Assembly: GCF_037042905.1 (NCBI RefSeq)
Contig: NC_087245.1
Location: 18,478,001 to 18,542,000, forward strand
Reading direction: 5' to 3'
Source of the DNA: Lytechinus pictus
Taxonomy: Eukaryota
Length of the DNA stretch: 64,000 bases
A model generated the notes under the pieces. It was given only the letters and a program-made list of their open reading frames with translations. It had not been told where the DNA came from and searched no databases. This document shows, in pieces, positions 28,521-41,177 of this stretch (position 1 is its first letter; each line of letters begins with the position of its first letter). The position numbers were made by a program, and so were the translations under genes.

Positions 28521-28566
28521 TCTCTTTCTACCATCAACAGTCCAGTCCAGATCAGATTCAGCTTAA

Positions 28567-29147
28567 AGGGACGGTCCGGGCTGAAAATATTTATAATATA
28601 TCTTAATACATAGTCGAATTCACTGAACAAAATGCCGAAAATTTCATCAAAATCGGATAACAAATAATAAAGTTATTGAAGTTTAAAGTTTAGCAATATT
28701 TTGTGAAAACAGTCGTCATGAATATTCATTAGGCGGGCTGATGATGTCACATCTCCACTTACCGTTTTCTTATGTTATTACATAAAATCATAATTTTTTC
28801 ATTATTTCATACTTGTGTGAATAATATGCTCCCTTATAATGAAATAAGTTGCAGCAATGAATATCTAATGCACTAAATCAGTTGTCAATCCAATTTTTCT
28901 AGTTCTTGGTAGAAAATATTTGAATAAACCTAATTTTATATAATAAAATACAAAAGAACAAGTGGGGATATGACATCATCAGCCCACCTCATTAATATTC
29001 ATAAAGACGTGCCTAGAACTGTTTCACCGGAACTATGCAAATCTTTAAAATTCAATAACTTCCAATTTTGATAAAATTTTCAGCATTTTACTTTGTGAAT
29101 TTTACTCTATTTATTGAGATATAAATATCTCCAGCCTGTACCATCCC
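28567..29147. mobile_element. TTAA MITE family D
   Basis: TTAA|AGGGACGGTCCGGGCTG ... CAGCCTGTACCATCCC|TTAA. Confidence 0.82.
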
Positions 29148-30512
29148 TTAATAATAGACCCTAATCTTCCCCCAATATATGGAAGGGTTATAAAGTGAGA
29201 GGAGGGAATAGAAACCTGGGATGGACCTTCTACAGACAGAGAGGTCACAAGGTGATCATATGAAAGCAGGAAACCTGCCGGGAGTTGCAGGAAATTTCAG
29301 AGGAAGACAGTCAACTATGTGCTAACGTGTTATGTGCCTGCCTGCCTGGCAGTGCTCAGTCCTGTGCCTAGTATCAGACAGTTTCAACTTGACACAGTTG
29401 CAATATTGAAAGAGCTAGAGAAATCTACTTTGCAAGAGTAAAGGTGTTAAAAACAAGGCTTGAATGATACTGGGCTACTTTTTCACCATTCAAATCTCTT
29501 CAAAGTATCGGCAAACTTTAATAAACGTAACATCCCTTTTTCATCTACTAATTCATTGAGAAAATTTGAGTTGGACAGTAAAATGAATCGTGCCATCTCT
29601 CAGTAACATTATGTGGTTTTTGTGGAAGGACCTTTTTCAAACTTACATGTACATGTATGTTTTCAATCTGCCATTTATATTCAAGAAGCTGTACATGTAT
29701 GTATAATGTATCCTGATAACTGAAATAAAACCGAAATAATGGGTATTCCATTCTTTTTTATTTGGACACTGCAATAATCAATAATCAATTTCAGACCTCA
29801 TCTTTTAAGCAACATATGTTTTATGATATGATCTTGCATTCTACTTTAAATAAATTCAACTGTTGAGAACAAATAATAATCAGATCGGGGTTATTTTACC
29901 AGATTGGGATACATAAATTCTTTAAATACATGACCATATTCAGATTGATTCATCCCACATAACATGCAGAATTAGTGCCTTGAAACATTACATGTAGTTT
30001 ACATGAATATTACCTACCCCAAAATCATTGTAAAGAATTGGACATAAGTTTCAACATCATAATCTAATTAAGCAAGGATTAATCTTATTAAGCTGCTTTT
30101 AACTCTTGACTCACTCAGATGCCTATCATTTGTACATTAATAGTACAAGAAAGTGTATACTGACCAAGGAAGTGCTGTTTATTCCGATCCTTTTTTCAGG
30201 TCAAGTCTATTTGATCTAACCTACTTCCTGTTAATTCAAACAATTAACCAACAAGTTCCTTTCCCTTCACTGCTTTGACAGGACAGCTATAGTGTTCAAG
30301 TGCTGGCCAAATATAGACAGCGCTATAAAGTACTTCTTTCGGTGAGCCATGTTTGGACAATGCCATTTTACCTACCATACACATTCAATGTAACATACAT
30401 GTACATTCACATAAATGTAGTATTTGTACCAAGTTCAAATACATGTACACCAATTAATTTCATTCCAATTTTAAGAATTTTAAGTAAATTTTAACTTGCC
30501 CACAATCCCATT

Positions 30513-31614
30513 TAGTGCTGTTGTCGGGAACAAAAATCCATGTCGACATGTCGCTTAAAAATCAATCCTGACATCGACAATGTCGACATGAAAAAGGGAC
30601 GGTAATTTAGCCTAGGCTCCCTAACATAAAAAAGAATAATTCGATCATGGCACATAACACTCAATCAAATGTATTCACCTTGACACGAGTGATATCCCCA
30701 CACTAGATCTAGATTTATATAATTTCGGGAAAACATATATTCACTAAGCTAGAGTGAATTCACTTCCAAAATCACAGATTTAATCCACATTTTTTTCTGG
30801 AGAATCAAGTTTTTGTACCATGATCCGGTCTCGAAAGCATTGCGCAATAACACTCGGAGCCAATTTGAGAATCACCAATTACAACAGTGATCATTGCGTA
30901 TTATACGCTGGTACACATGTGCTGCAAACGCAAGCTCCTCAAATTGACAATAATAATATGAAAAAAATAATAAATAAAAATCGATCGATAATTTCAGTAT
31001 CACTTCCGCAGCGATCCGTGCAACGATCTCCAAACGAAGGACGGGAAGTTTTCTGTGAATTCGTGAAATGAAGTAAGCGCTCAATTACGGCGGTCACAAT
31101 TTTGACAAAAACACGTGTTCGCTGCTGCTCACGTTCATGTGAAAAGTAATGCATTGAGGAGCAGCGTATTATCAAGCACAGTGAATAGCGATGGGTACAC
31201 ATTTCCGTTGATGGGTACGGTGAATGCTGCTACGCTACGCTCGCTATATATAGTGCTAGACATAGATCGAGCGCGCTGCATATAGAGCTAGATCGATCTT
31301 GAGCGATCGTCAGGGTGGCTAGGGCAGGCCGTCCCCGCGCACACTGACGTATTTCTGCTGCCGCGCAGCTCGCAGGTATTCTTTTTTAATTTAATGCGCT
31401 GCTAAGCTGAATGAACCTTTTAATTGCGCCAATCTGTGGATAAATGCTTCTAACTTTTCAGGTAAGCTTTACACTCGTGACTTTAGGCTAGACCCCTTTT
31501 TATTTTATGTTTACATGTCGATGTGGGTGCGTGCATGTCCACATGTCGGAAACATTGAAAATCCTTCATATGTCGACATCAATGTCGATATGAGGCCTAT
31601 CGACAACAGCACTA
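30513..31614. mobile_element. Non-autonomous hAT-like element
   Basis: TIR TAGTGCTGTTGTCG / CGACAACAGCACTA; exact 8-bp TSD ATCCCATT; subterminal ATGTCGACAT palindromes. Confidence 0.9.
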
Positions 31615-31654
31615 ATCCCATTCCTGTACTTTCTGTTTGGTCTAGTCCTACATT

Positions 31655-32136
31655 AGGTGGTTTCAGACTGCCTCGAAGTTCGTCAGTTCCAGGTATTTTC
31701 TGATCGGGAAATTTACCCCGATCAGAAAATACCAGGTAATATTGGCAATGTGAAAGCAAATTACGCGTAATCTCCCCGAAAGAAAATACCCACTAAAAAG
31801 TAGGTACTTGTCAAAATTACGAGAACTTTCGCAGGGATTTTTCCAAGGTCGCAGGTATTTTGGCAATGTGAAAGCAATTTTTTACAGGAAGTTTTAGCCC
31901 AGCGTGTAGTTGGGCGCGGGCCCCTTGGGTGGCTGCTGAGCTAGTGATTTTGAATCTCGTGCCTCGCTTGCTTATCAGACCATACTGCGCATGCTCATAA
32001 CTTCAGGAACTTATCCCGAAGGGTATGTTACGGGGGGGGTGTGAATGTGGGAATAATTAACGGGTATTTACTTGCCTGAAAAAAGTTCTCGTAATTTAAC
32101 GGGGATTCTTGTGATCGAGGCGGTTTGAAACCACCT
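31655..32136. mobile_element. MITE family E (3-bp TSD, Harbinger-like)
   Basis: ATT|AGGTGGTTTCAGAC ... GTTTGAAACCACCT|ATT; inverted sibling at 36226-36701. Confidence 0.88.
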
Positions 32137-32647
32137 ATTGTCTTATCCTAGTGCCTCTACAACCATTTTGTCTACTACTGTTAAACCTAAATACCATCCC
32201 GCTATACATTGTATACCATTTTTTTTTCAATTCTTCATTTTAAAGGCTATACCCATTTCGACTATTAAATATACACCACTAATTTTATACTATTAAATTA
32301 AATGTATATGATTCAAATTTCCATTTGACGAAGTGCAAAATGATTAGTAAACCGAAATTAGACTATACAATAGATAGTACCCGGTAGATCAAATAGGTTT
32401 AGCCCATCATAATGTGGTATCAGAATATAAGAAAACTACATGTACACCTGTACTGCTTGCAGTAAAAAAAAGTGATGTATTTTTTATATATTTAAGAACC
32501 TAAAAAAATGTGTCTGTCTGACAATGTTTGGACAATTTATTTTGTGATTTTTTGCATATTTTTCTTCATATGACTTTTTGGCACAAACAGTTCCTAAATT
32601 CATCATACATCTTGGCCCAAGACTTATTATTCCCTTTAAAGTTATAT

Positions 32648-34184
32648 AACAAGTGGAGCGCCTCTGGCAGTCTCACCTGCATCCCAATTCAATATAGCAG
32701 CAGTGCTGACTTTGAAAACTACTAGTTATAAAATAATTATTTTAAAAAAACACCATTCATATAATGATACAATACTACGTCCATTGACAATAAATGACAT
32801 TTGACCTTGATCATGCGACCTAAGACTTGTCAGTGATACTTCATTGCCCCTATATCCACATTTTATAAACTAAATGTCTATAAACTTTGAAAGTTATGAC
32901 AGCAATCTAATAATTACCTCCAAAATGGCCAAAGTTCAATGACCTTACCTTTGACTTTGGTCATGTGACCTGAAACTCGCATGAGATGTTCAGTGATACT
33001 TGATTACTCTTATGTCCAAGTTTTATAAACTACCCGGTAGATCCATACACTTTCATAGTTATGATGGTTATTCAACAAATACCCCCAACATGGCCAAAGT
33101 CCATTGACCTTGGTCATGTGACCTGAAACTTGCACAGTACTTGATTACTATAATACTCTGATACCCCTTTCATAAACCCAATAAAACACAATTATGCGGC
33201 TAATAGCAGCATAATTTGGTCGTAAAATCAGAGGAGGACAAGAGTTATCCGCATTATTCTGATGCTGCTATTATCCGCATAATAGCGGCATCGGGACAAG
33301 ATTTTGAGTTTATGAACGTATTTCCAAATAATGCGGATAATTGCCATGGTGCGGTCACAAGGTCACCCTTTTCCAACACAACCGCATTGGAGGGGGCGTG
33401 TCCAGTTGTCATGACGATTATCCGCCTTTTTCAGGACGGGCGCTCGTAAAAATAATTTATGGAGTTTGTAAACGCAATTTTTATTGAATTATCCGCATTA
33501 CTCTTAGGCGGCTAATTGGAGGATATGTTTTATTGGGTTTATGAAAGGGGTATAAATGTCCAAGTTTTATGAACTAGACCAATACACTTACAGAGTTATG
33601 ATGGTAATTCAACAAATACCCCCAACATGGCCAAAGTTTATTGACCTTAAATGACCTTAGTCATGTGACCTGAAACTCCCACAGGATGTTCAGTGATACT
33701 TGATTACTCTCATGTCCAAGTTTCATGAATCAGATCCATAAACTTTCAAAGTTATGATGGTAATTCAACAGATACCCCCAAAATGGCCAAAGTTCATTGA
33801 CCTTTGACCTTGGTCATGTGACTTGAAACTCGCACAGGATGTTCAGTGATACTTGATTACTCTTATGTCCAAGTTTCATGAATCAGATCTATAAACATTC
33901 AAAGTTATGATGGTACATGTAATTCAACAGATACCCCCAACTTGGCCAAAGTTCATTGACCCTAAATTACCTTTGACCTTGGTCATGTGACCTGAAACTC
34001 AGGCAGGGTGTTCAATAATACTTGATTAACCTTATGTCCAAGTTTCATGAACTAGGTAGATATATTTTCTAAGTTATGCTGTCATTTCAAAAACTCAACC
34101 TTCGGTTAACATTTGGTGTTGACGACACCACCATCGGAAAAGTGGTGCCTATAGTCTCACTCTGCTTCACAGGTGAGACAAAAA
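32648..34184 (+). mobile_element. Helentron/HINE (pearl-like) non-autonomous element with an internal ~125-bp tandem array
   Basis: Starts AACAAG; subterminal inverted repeat GTCTCACCTG / CAGGTGAGAC; 3' hairpin GTCTCAC..GTGAGAC followed by AAAAA. About 7 units of GGCCAAAGTTCATTGACC..GGTCATGTGACCTGAAACTC..TTGATTACTCTTATGTCCAAGTTT. Confidence 0.7.
33162..33552. mobile_element. MITE family C nested in the tandem array
   Basis: Same TIR and body as 25401-25800. Confidence 0.88.
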
Positions 34185-35441
34185 CAGTGTGATTCATTTT
34201 TTTTTTTACTTTCAAGCACTAAAGGGCCTCATAACCATAAAGTAAAAATTACAGATTTTTAGTGAAAAAGGCTGATTAATAACACTCTCATATCATTCAA
34301 CCAATGAAAATCCTTCCCACCAGGAGGCAGGGCAAAGAAGCAATTGTTGTTGTTTTTTTTAGTCACCAAAAGTCTTTTGAAATATTTCATCATTCTACAG
34401 GAATTACGTTAGAGTTTTAAATGTCTGTGAATACATAATTTTTCATTCCAACATCTGGAGCAAATTCACCTAGAAATATTTCTAAAATTGACGACACAGA
34501 GATAAAATAGCCCCATCCTATTTCAATTTTTTTTTCTTCAAGTAACATGGGCACAAGCTTATCATCTGCTATTCCTTTTGTGATATTAAATGTTGGTCCC
34601 AGACGTAAATATTCATACACGTATACATATGTGATTAACACACATCTGCTTGCATTCAAATATACATGTACATCATCTGCATCGCAATGGTTAATTTTGC
34701 CAGGATATGTCTACGCAGGCACTGCTCTGCTCCACATCACGTTTAGATGCACAAGATAAAAATTAATCTCAGATAAAATAAGAAACTTTATCTACGAGTT
34801 CAAAAGTGATCTCAGAATACCAATTTCATTCTGAAGATCTGAATAAGAAAAATTTTTAAAAGAGAATAGGGAACTCACTGTACTCACAACAAACACCCCT
34901 GAATAGGCCAATTAATAAAAAAATAAGATTAAATTTTATGAAAATACGCATTATAAAAGAATGAGATTAATAGTATACAATAATGATATTTGTTTGACTA
35001 TCTGGAGTGTGTGCCAGATGTTGTGTTGCACAGTTTCACTGACTTGCATAACCACAACACAGACAGGGTGATTGCAGATTGCAATTGCCTCTCCCACGAC
35101 TTATCCATGACCAAGTTTCTTCCATTCCACAAAGCAAACTACAAACATTAAGAAGAAAGTAAACTGGATTTCAATGTTGACATCACATTTTAATGCAGAT
35201 GCTTGCTTATTCTTTGTCTGCTCTTTAACTTGATTTTGACTGTTATTATTAGGGCAGTTCCGAAAAGTAATCAACCTTTTTGTACATCCGACCCCCATTT
35301 TTCTCAAAAGAACCAGAAATCATAGACAGAAAATTTCATGGTCTCACATACATGGGGTCGGACGTACATATTTTATGAAATTTCCCATTCGACTTGGTCA
35401 TGGATGACTAGAAATGAATGATCAACATTTGTGAGACTAAT

Positions 35442-35652
35442 GGGGTGTTGCAAGAAACTTGCGATCAATTGCAAGTCTATTTTTGGTCCCTAAATCAATC
35501 ATATGTCTTGTAGTTAATTGCAAAATGTGATTGATTGCTCATCTGCTCCTTTAAACAAGAAGATTAATCTGATTTGCTACAGCTAACTTTGATCTATCAA
35601 TTGTAAAATTGAAACAGAATATTTGCAATTGATCGCAAATATTTTCTTGCAA
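35442..35652. mobile_element. Short palindromic MITE remnant
   Basis: TTGCAAGAAACTTGCGATCAATTGCAA / TTGCAATTGATCGCAAATATTTTCTTGCAA. Confidence 0.6.
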
Positions 35653-36225
35653 GTGACCGTGGCATGATTGTGATTGGCATAATTCATAGCCTGCAAACCC
35701 AAAACCAGTACGTGATAAATATAGATTTGATACAATCAGTTGGGGGATCCCACTCATATGCCCTCCCCCTTCATGAGAAACCCTTGGAGCCCCCTGCAAG
35801 CACAGACTCATATTTGACATTTTAACCAATACCATGTCTAGAGTGAAGACTAGATGCCAAATCTCTCTCTGTCTCTCTGTGTCAAATAGCCACAGTAGAG
35901 TATCCTGTCCGTAATGAGACATGTTAGCTTTAGAGCAGCAATATTTTTTTTTTTCAAAAATGTCTTTTCACAAAATGATATTTGCATCAATAGGCCTATC
36001 CAATTCACGTATCTTCTTTTACTAGAATCGCGCAGATATGTGTATGAGCAGACAAGGGGACTGCGCAGACTTGGGGAAACTTGCCATATGACTTTAATCT
36101 CCAGGATCCTCCTGGCTACTCCACTCCCCTCCCTCCCCCCCCCCAATCTTGTGACTCGTGTCATATCTCACTCACACTCAGCCTCACCTAGCCAGGAGGC
36201 TCCTGGAGATTAATGTCATATCACT

Positions 36226-36701
36226 AGGTGGTTTCAAACCGCCTCGATCACAAGAATCCCCGTTAAATTACGAGAACATTTTTAGGCTAAAAAATACCCA
36301 TTAATTATTCCTGCATTCACACCGCCCCGAAACATACCCTTCAGGATAAATTCCTGAAGTTAGGAGAATGCGCAGTATGGTCTAATAAGCAGGCGAGGCG
36401 CGAGATTCAAAACCACTAGCCCAGCAGCCACCCAAGGCGCCCGCGCCCAACGACACGCTGGGCTAAAAGTTCCCGTAAATTGCTTTCACATTGCCAAAAT
36501 ACCTGCGACCTTGGAAAAATCCCCGCGAAAGTTCTCGTAATTTCGCCAAGTACCTACTATTTAGCGGGTATTTTCTTTCGGGGAAATTACGCGTAGTTTG
36601 CTTTCACATTGCCAAAATACCTGGTATTTTCTGATCGGGGTAAATTTCCCGATCAGAGAATACCTGGAACTGACGAACTTCGAGGCGGTCTGAAACCACC
36701 T
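36226..36701. mobile_element. MITE family E, opposite orientation
   Basis: ACT|AGGTGGTTTCAAACCGCCTCGA ... TCGAGGCGGTCTGAAACCACCT|AAT. Confidence 0.88.
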
Positions 36702-36752
36702 AATGACTGTGCTAAATCTCCATGGAGCTCGGGACTGGATGCCATTGCTCTG

Positions 36753-37261
36753 CACGCACCAAGTATTTTGGAGACAACAATGTTGCTCCAAAATACTTGT
36801 TTTCTTTAGGGTTTTGAGCCCAAACAGGCAAAGTTATGTAAATTGGCTGCAATACTATTTGTAAGCTTTTGGCACTACAGAGACATATTTTTGAATAGTA
36901 TTTAACATAAAATTAAAGAAAATATCAAAAGTAGAGGAGCGTTTACTCACAGTCTGTTATGGTCGCCATCTTCCCGTCTTTGTTATCGTAGCCTAGCAGC
37001 TAGCTACAAGACGCGTATAGAGGGCGACAATATCATGAGCAGTGCTAACTTTTTTTTTTTTTAAATCGGCTGATAAATTTCATGAGTCTTACCTAAATTT
37101 ATTGGGTAGTAATACATTTCAAGATTTTATGAAATATTGAGATAATACTAAGGTCAAAGGTGAAAATAAACTTTGCAATTATAGTATTGTAGCCCATTTA
37201 CATAAGTTAGAAAACAATTAATTTGGAGCAACATTGTTGTCTCCAAAATACTTGGTGCGTG
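36753..37261. mobile_element. MITE with 40-bp perfect TIR
   Basis: CACGCACCAAGTATTTTGGAGACAACAATGTTGCTCCAAA and its exact reverse complement; flanks TG/TA. Confidence 0.8.
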
Positions 37262-37769
37262 TACTGTTATACAAATAATGCATGCAGCCGAGTGCGTTAG
37301 TGGAAATGCAGAGCACGCGAGGTTTCTTTAGATAGGTGCCGCACTGTGCACGAGCCGCTGGCGGCGAGTGCCCAGTGTGCTCCATCTGAAGAAACCGAGC
37401 TTTCTCTGCATTTACTTTTACGCACGACAGAGCAAGTGCATTATTTGTTTTATAAAATAGCAACACAGAAACAATTTTTTCAAAAGTTACAGTACAGTTT
37501 TGTTGGACTTCTACCGCACTGGTTTGCTAGCGTGCAATGTCAATTTTCGTTGCGCACCTTTTGCACAGCCGTGCAGTGCACAAAAAAAGTTGGATGTCAT
37601 GTGACGCATATTGGCCAATCGCGATGCTCGAAATAATACACCTATCTTATAAAGAGCAATGAATGGTACCGGTACTGACTACCATGACTACTGGCATCCC
37701 GTCCCCGTCCCTGGCGCAGGTCATGAAATACGCAGTGCGCAACGCGCAACCCCCATACGCGGTGTTAGG

Positions 37770-39006
37770 GAGGAAGATAACACGATATTTGGTATTCTGA
37801 AAATGGTGTTAGCTAAAATTTCGTTCAAAGATAACACGAACATTTAACACTGCATTAAGGAGAGGTTAAGTTGTGGATGACGATGGCTGCACTTTTTCTA
37901 GCAGACGCAAACGTCAAAAAGAACATATACGAGCATATAACTATCGTCTGGCAGAATTTACTGTAATTTTCTTTCATTTTCCAGCTTTATTTTCCATCTA
38001 CCTATCTCTCTATACTAACAATGATAAAACAACAATTTCTTTGGAATTTCCTGTAAAAATACAATTCAAATGCATCTTTGATTTCGATTAATTGAAATAT
38101 TTATCATAAATGCTCATTAGTTATTTATTTGGTTACTTTTTGCAATATTATAAAAAAGACGGATGGAGAGGAAGAAACTTTAAAACGTCTAAAAAAACAA
38201 AAACAGAAATTAAAAAGAATGGAATTGGCGATTGGGGAACTCTTCTATAATATTAACAATATTTTTACCCTTTTTCAATGGTTATATAGTTCCAATGATT
38301 ACACCTTTTTAACTCGATCGCTATACGCATCCAATATTTTAATAAAGAAAAAAATTACAATTTTGTATGTTTGATATTTCTATGTCAGATTTAATTTTTC
38401 TTAAAGTGCTTTTCATGCTTTTCAAAATTTACATTTCATATATATTTTTTTATGAATTATGCTTGCCCTCATATTTTAGGGGCGATCGTCCCCTGCCTGC
38501 TCCCCAATCGATCAAGGCCTCTGTCTCCTGTCATAATTTTGTATCCACGCCGTCTGACTCCATTCTGTGTTCTATTCTGTGTATATACGTTGTATCTACA
38601 TTATGTGTGTAAACCAGTGAAAGAAGAATTTCCTCTATGGACAATAAAGTTATTCAATTCAATATTTCAATTCAATTAAATTCTTAATTGTCACAATCAC
38701 CCCTCCCCACGTCTATTTCCAGCCCTAACTTTTATTTAGCTGTATGCGCTTACAAGATGATGTCACAATGCATGTTTCGTGTCACCGAGCGCGCAATTCC
38801 CCTTTTCCCTGAAAATTTTGCGCGATTTGACTTTAACAGCGCATTTGATTGGATTAAATAAATGCAGAGTGGAAGGAGCTGAAGATAACACGCAGATAAC
38901 ACGGTTTTCAGAATACCGATTTGGGGGTATGTTAGGGGCGTGTTAAATCAGAGAGATAACACGATATTTAACACGAAAGTTAACACGATTTTCAGAATAC
39001 CGCCCC
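37770..39006. mobile_element. Composite or degraded MITE region
   Basis: GGTATTCTGAAAATGGTGTTA at 37791 versus TAACACGATTTTCAGAATACCGCCCC at 38981-39006; repeated GATAACACG motifs at both ends. Confidence 0.45.
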
Positions 39007-39238
39007 AGGAGCCTCTCTCTCCTGCCTAGCCTGTTTTCAAGACATAAAATGGTGATTTCGATTAGCGGCGAATTTATTACCAGACCAAAGTCGCCTCGGG
39101 ATATCAAAATATATTTCAAGAAAATTTTTACATTCAGGTTCTATGCACAAACAACACAGCGCGAAGCGACACTGTAATATATCAATGCATAATACAGAAA
39201 CAGAATATTGATCAACCATCCACGCATATGATACACAC

Positions 39239-39364
39239 CTCCTCCAACGCGGAAACGACATTTCGGCAAGCCCCCATCCGAGCCACGAAATTCGACGTCG
39301 TCGGCGAACTGATGTCATCTGTGGTCTCCGCTAAGAACTCGGCGACGGTGATAGTGTCCGGCAT
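39239..39364 (-). CDS. ASAP: ASAP-family Arf-GAP (BAR/PH/ArfGAP/ankyrin/SH3), first coding exon
   Basis: Minus strand reads MPDTITVAEFLAETTDDISSPTTSNFVARMGACRNVVSALEE (126 nt, 42 codons), then donor GAG|gtgtgt, phase 0. Closely matches the remembered ASAP1/ASAP2 N-terminus (MPDQISVSEF..ET..D..SPT.S.F..R...CRN.V..LEE). CpG-rich context. Confidence 0.95.
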
Positions 39365-39540
39365 GATTACCGCATGAGAAATTGCACTGTGATGGAAGAA
39401 ATCCTTCAGTTTTTCCCAATATTTTGCAACGTTTCCTGTAATTTTTCCCTAGAAAATAAACATCCGTGGTCGGTCGACCCACGATCGGCGCTGCAGTTAT
39501 ATTGAGTTATTTCACCTTGACCAGGAGATGGCGCTATGTA
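39365..39540 (-). promoter_or_regulatory. ASAP 5' UTR/promoter region with CTCF-like motif
   Basis: CpG-rich sequence directly upstream of the ATG; CCAGGAGATGGCGC at 39521-39534 resembles the CTCF core consensus. Confidence 0.55.
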
Positions 39541-40441
39541 ATTCAGCTTGATTCAGCTGTGAGATATGATTCACGTGTTGTTGTTTTTTTTTTGGGGGGG
39601 GGTTCTTTCTATCTTTTTGGAATAAAGTTTGTACAAAATAATTTCGGATTTTACTCTATTTCAATAAAAAAATTCTCTTTCCTAATGTTATATCCGATAA
39701 CATTCTGAAGTATTGACAAAACTTTTCTTTTTATTGTTATTCTTAAATATCATTTTCCCCAATGAAATGGAAGCATTTATGATAAAAGAGGCAAGGGGTA
39801 GGATTCAATAGATTTTATTTGGATTTCGAAAAGTGGAATTGATCTTTGGGCATACCATATTTCACTGAGTTCTGGATAGGTTGTTGTGACATTCCATGGC
39901 TGCCAATGTCTCTCAATGTAACACTTAGAATTGAGAGATATACATTTCTGATAGGCCTTCATATTAATGTCATAATTTTGCCATAAATTTGAAAGTTATG
40001 AAAATATGTATGTGCAATTTTATTGCATTCACATTCATTTTGTTTAGGTGTATTGGAAAGTGAGATCAATTGTTAATTTAACTTGTTTATGACTGGGCCC
40101 CATATATGCTGTATGGAATACAAGAGAAGTATCATTTTTATTTGATACTTAGAATGCTTGGAAGAATGGATAGTTTTTTTTTCCTTACTAATAACTTCCA
40201 TGTGTCCAACAGTTCCTCATGAATTTGCATAGAGATGTATGCAAAGAATAATTCTGCTTTTATAGTGTTTCTGAATAGTTTGACAACTTCTGAGAGCAGT
40301 TCACATAGTGCCATATATTTTCAAATTACACAGATTAAACATACCCCATTTTGCCATTCCATTGTTTTAAACATATTTGTGTATTCTTATAGTTCCCTTT
40401 TCTGCTGCTAGCTATCTGCCCCCCCCCCCCCTTCCTCCATA

Positions 40442-41177
40442 CAGTGCGTCCCACAAAAAACGAAACTGAGATTTATCATAACTTAATCACAAATACAATA
40501 GACAAATGACCTACCATTGTTAAGCTTAGGATCTCCTCTTTCATCTGAAATTACTTAGATTATTTCATTTGGCGGGCTATATCTGGGTTTCAAAAGAAAA
40601 ACCACATTTTTAAAAGGTTCAATATCTGCTCTTTAATTTGATACCTCAATTACAGAAAATGGTCAAGAAATAACAAAGTTCTGGTTATTTGAAATAAGGC
40701 TTGAATTTCAATAATTTCATAAAATGAAGAGGCTCTACAGGCTAGCGTTCAAACTCACTAGACACTCCGTTTTGTTGACGATCAGCCATAACCATGCGAT
40801 AGCTTCTGTGGGAAACCGGTGAAAACACATTTATTTAATGAAATTATGGAAATACAAGCAGTTTCGAAGGAACATAACTTTTTTACTTATTGACCATTTT
40901 TTTGTGATTAAGGTATCAAATAAAAGAGCAGATATTGAACTTGTTAGGCATGTGATTTTCTTTTTGAAATTCAGATACCCCGCCAAATGAGTTTTTGGTA
41001 TCCCTTCTTCAAATTGTTTTTGCTCACTCATGCGTGAATGAGGAATAATCTCAGTAATATCAGATGAAAGAAGAGATTCTAAGCTTTACATTGGTAGGTC
41101 ATTTGTCTATTGTATTTGTGATTAAGTTATGATAAATCATCGCTTAATCTCGGTTTCTTTTTTTCTGGGACGCACTG
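40442..41177. mobile_element. Tc1/mariner-like MITE
   Basis: TA|CAGTGCGTCCCA ... TGGGACGCACTG|TA; long imperfect TIRs. Confidence 0.87.

Noticed and set aside
32800..34060. CRISPR-like or regularly spaced repeat arrays (also 61560-62940)
   Set aside because: Eukaryotic context, no cas genes, and the units are tandem or degenerate rather than identical repeats with unique spacers.
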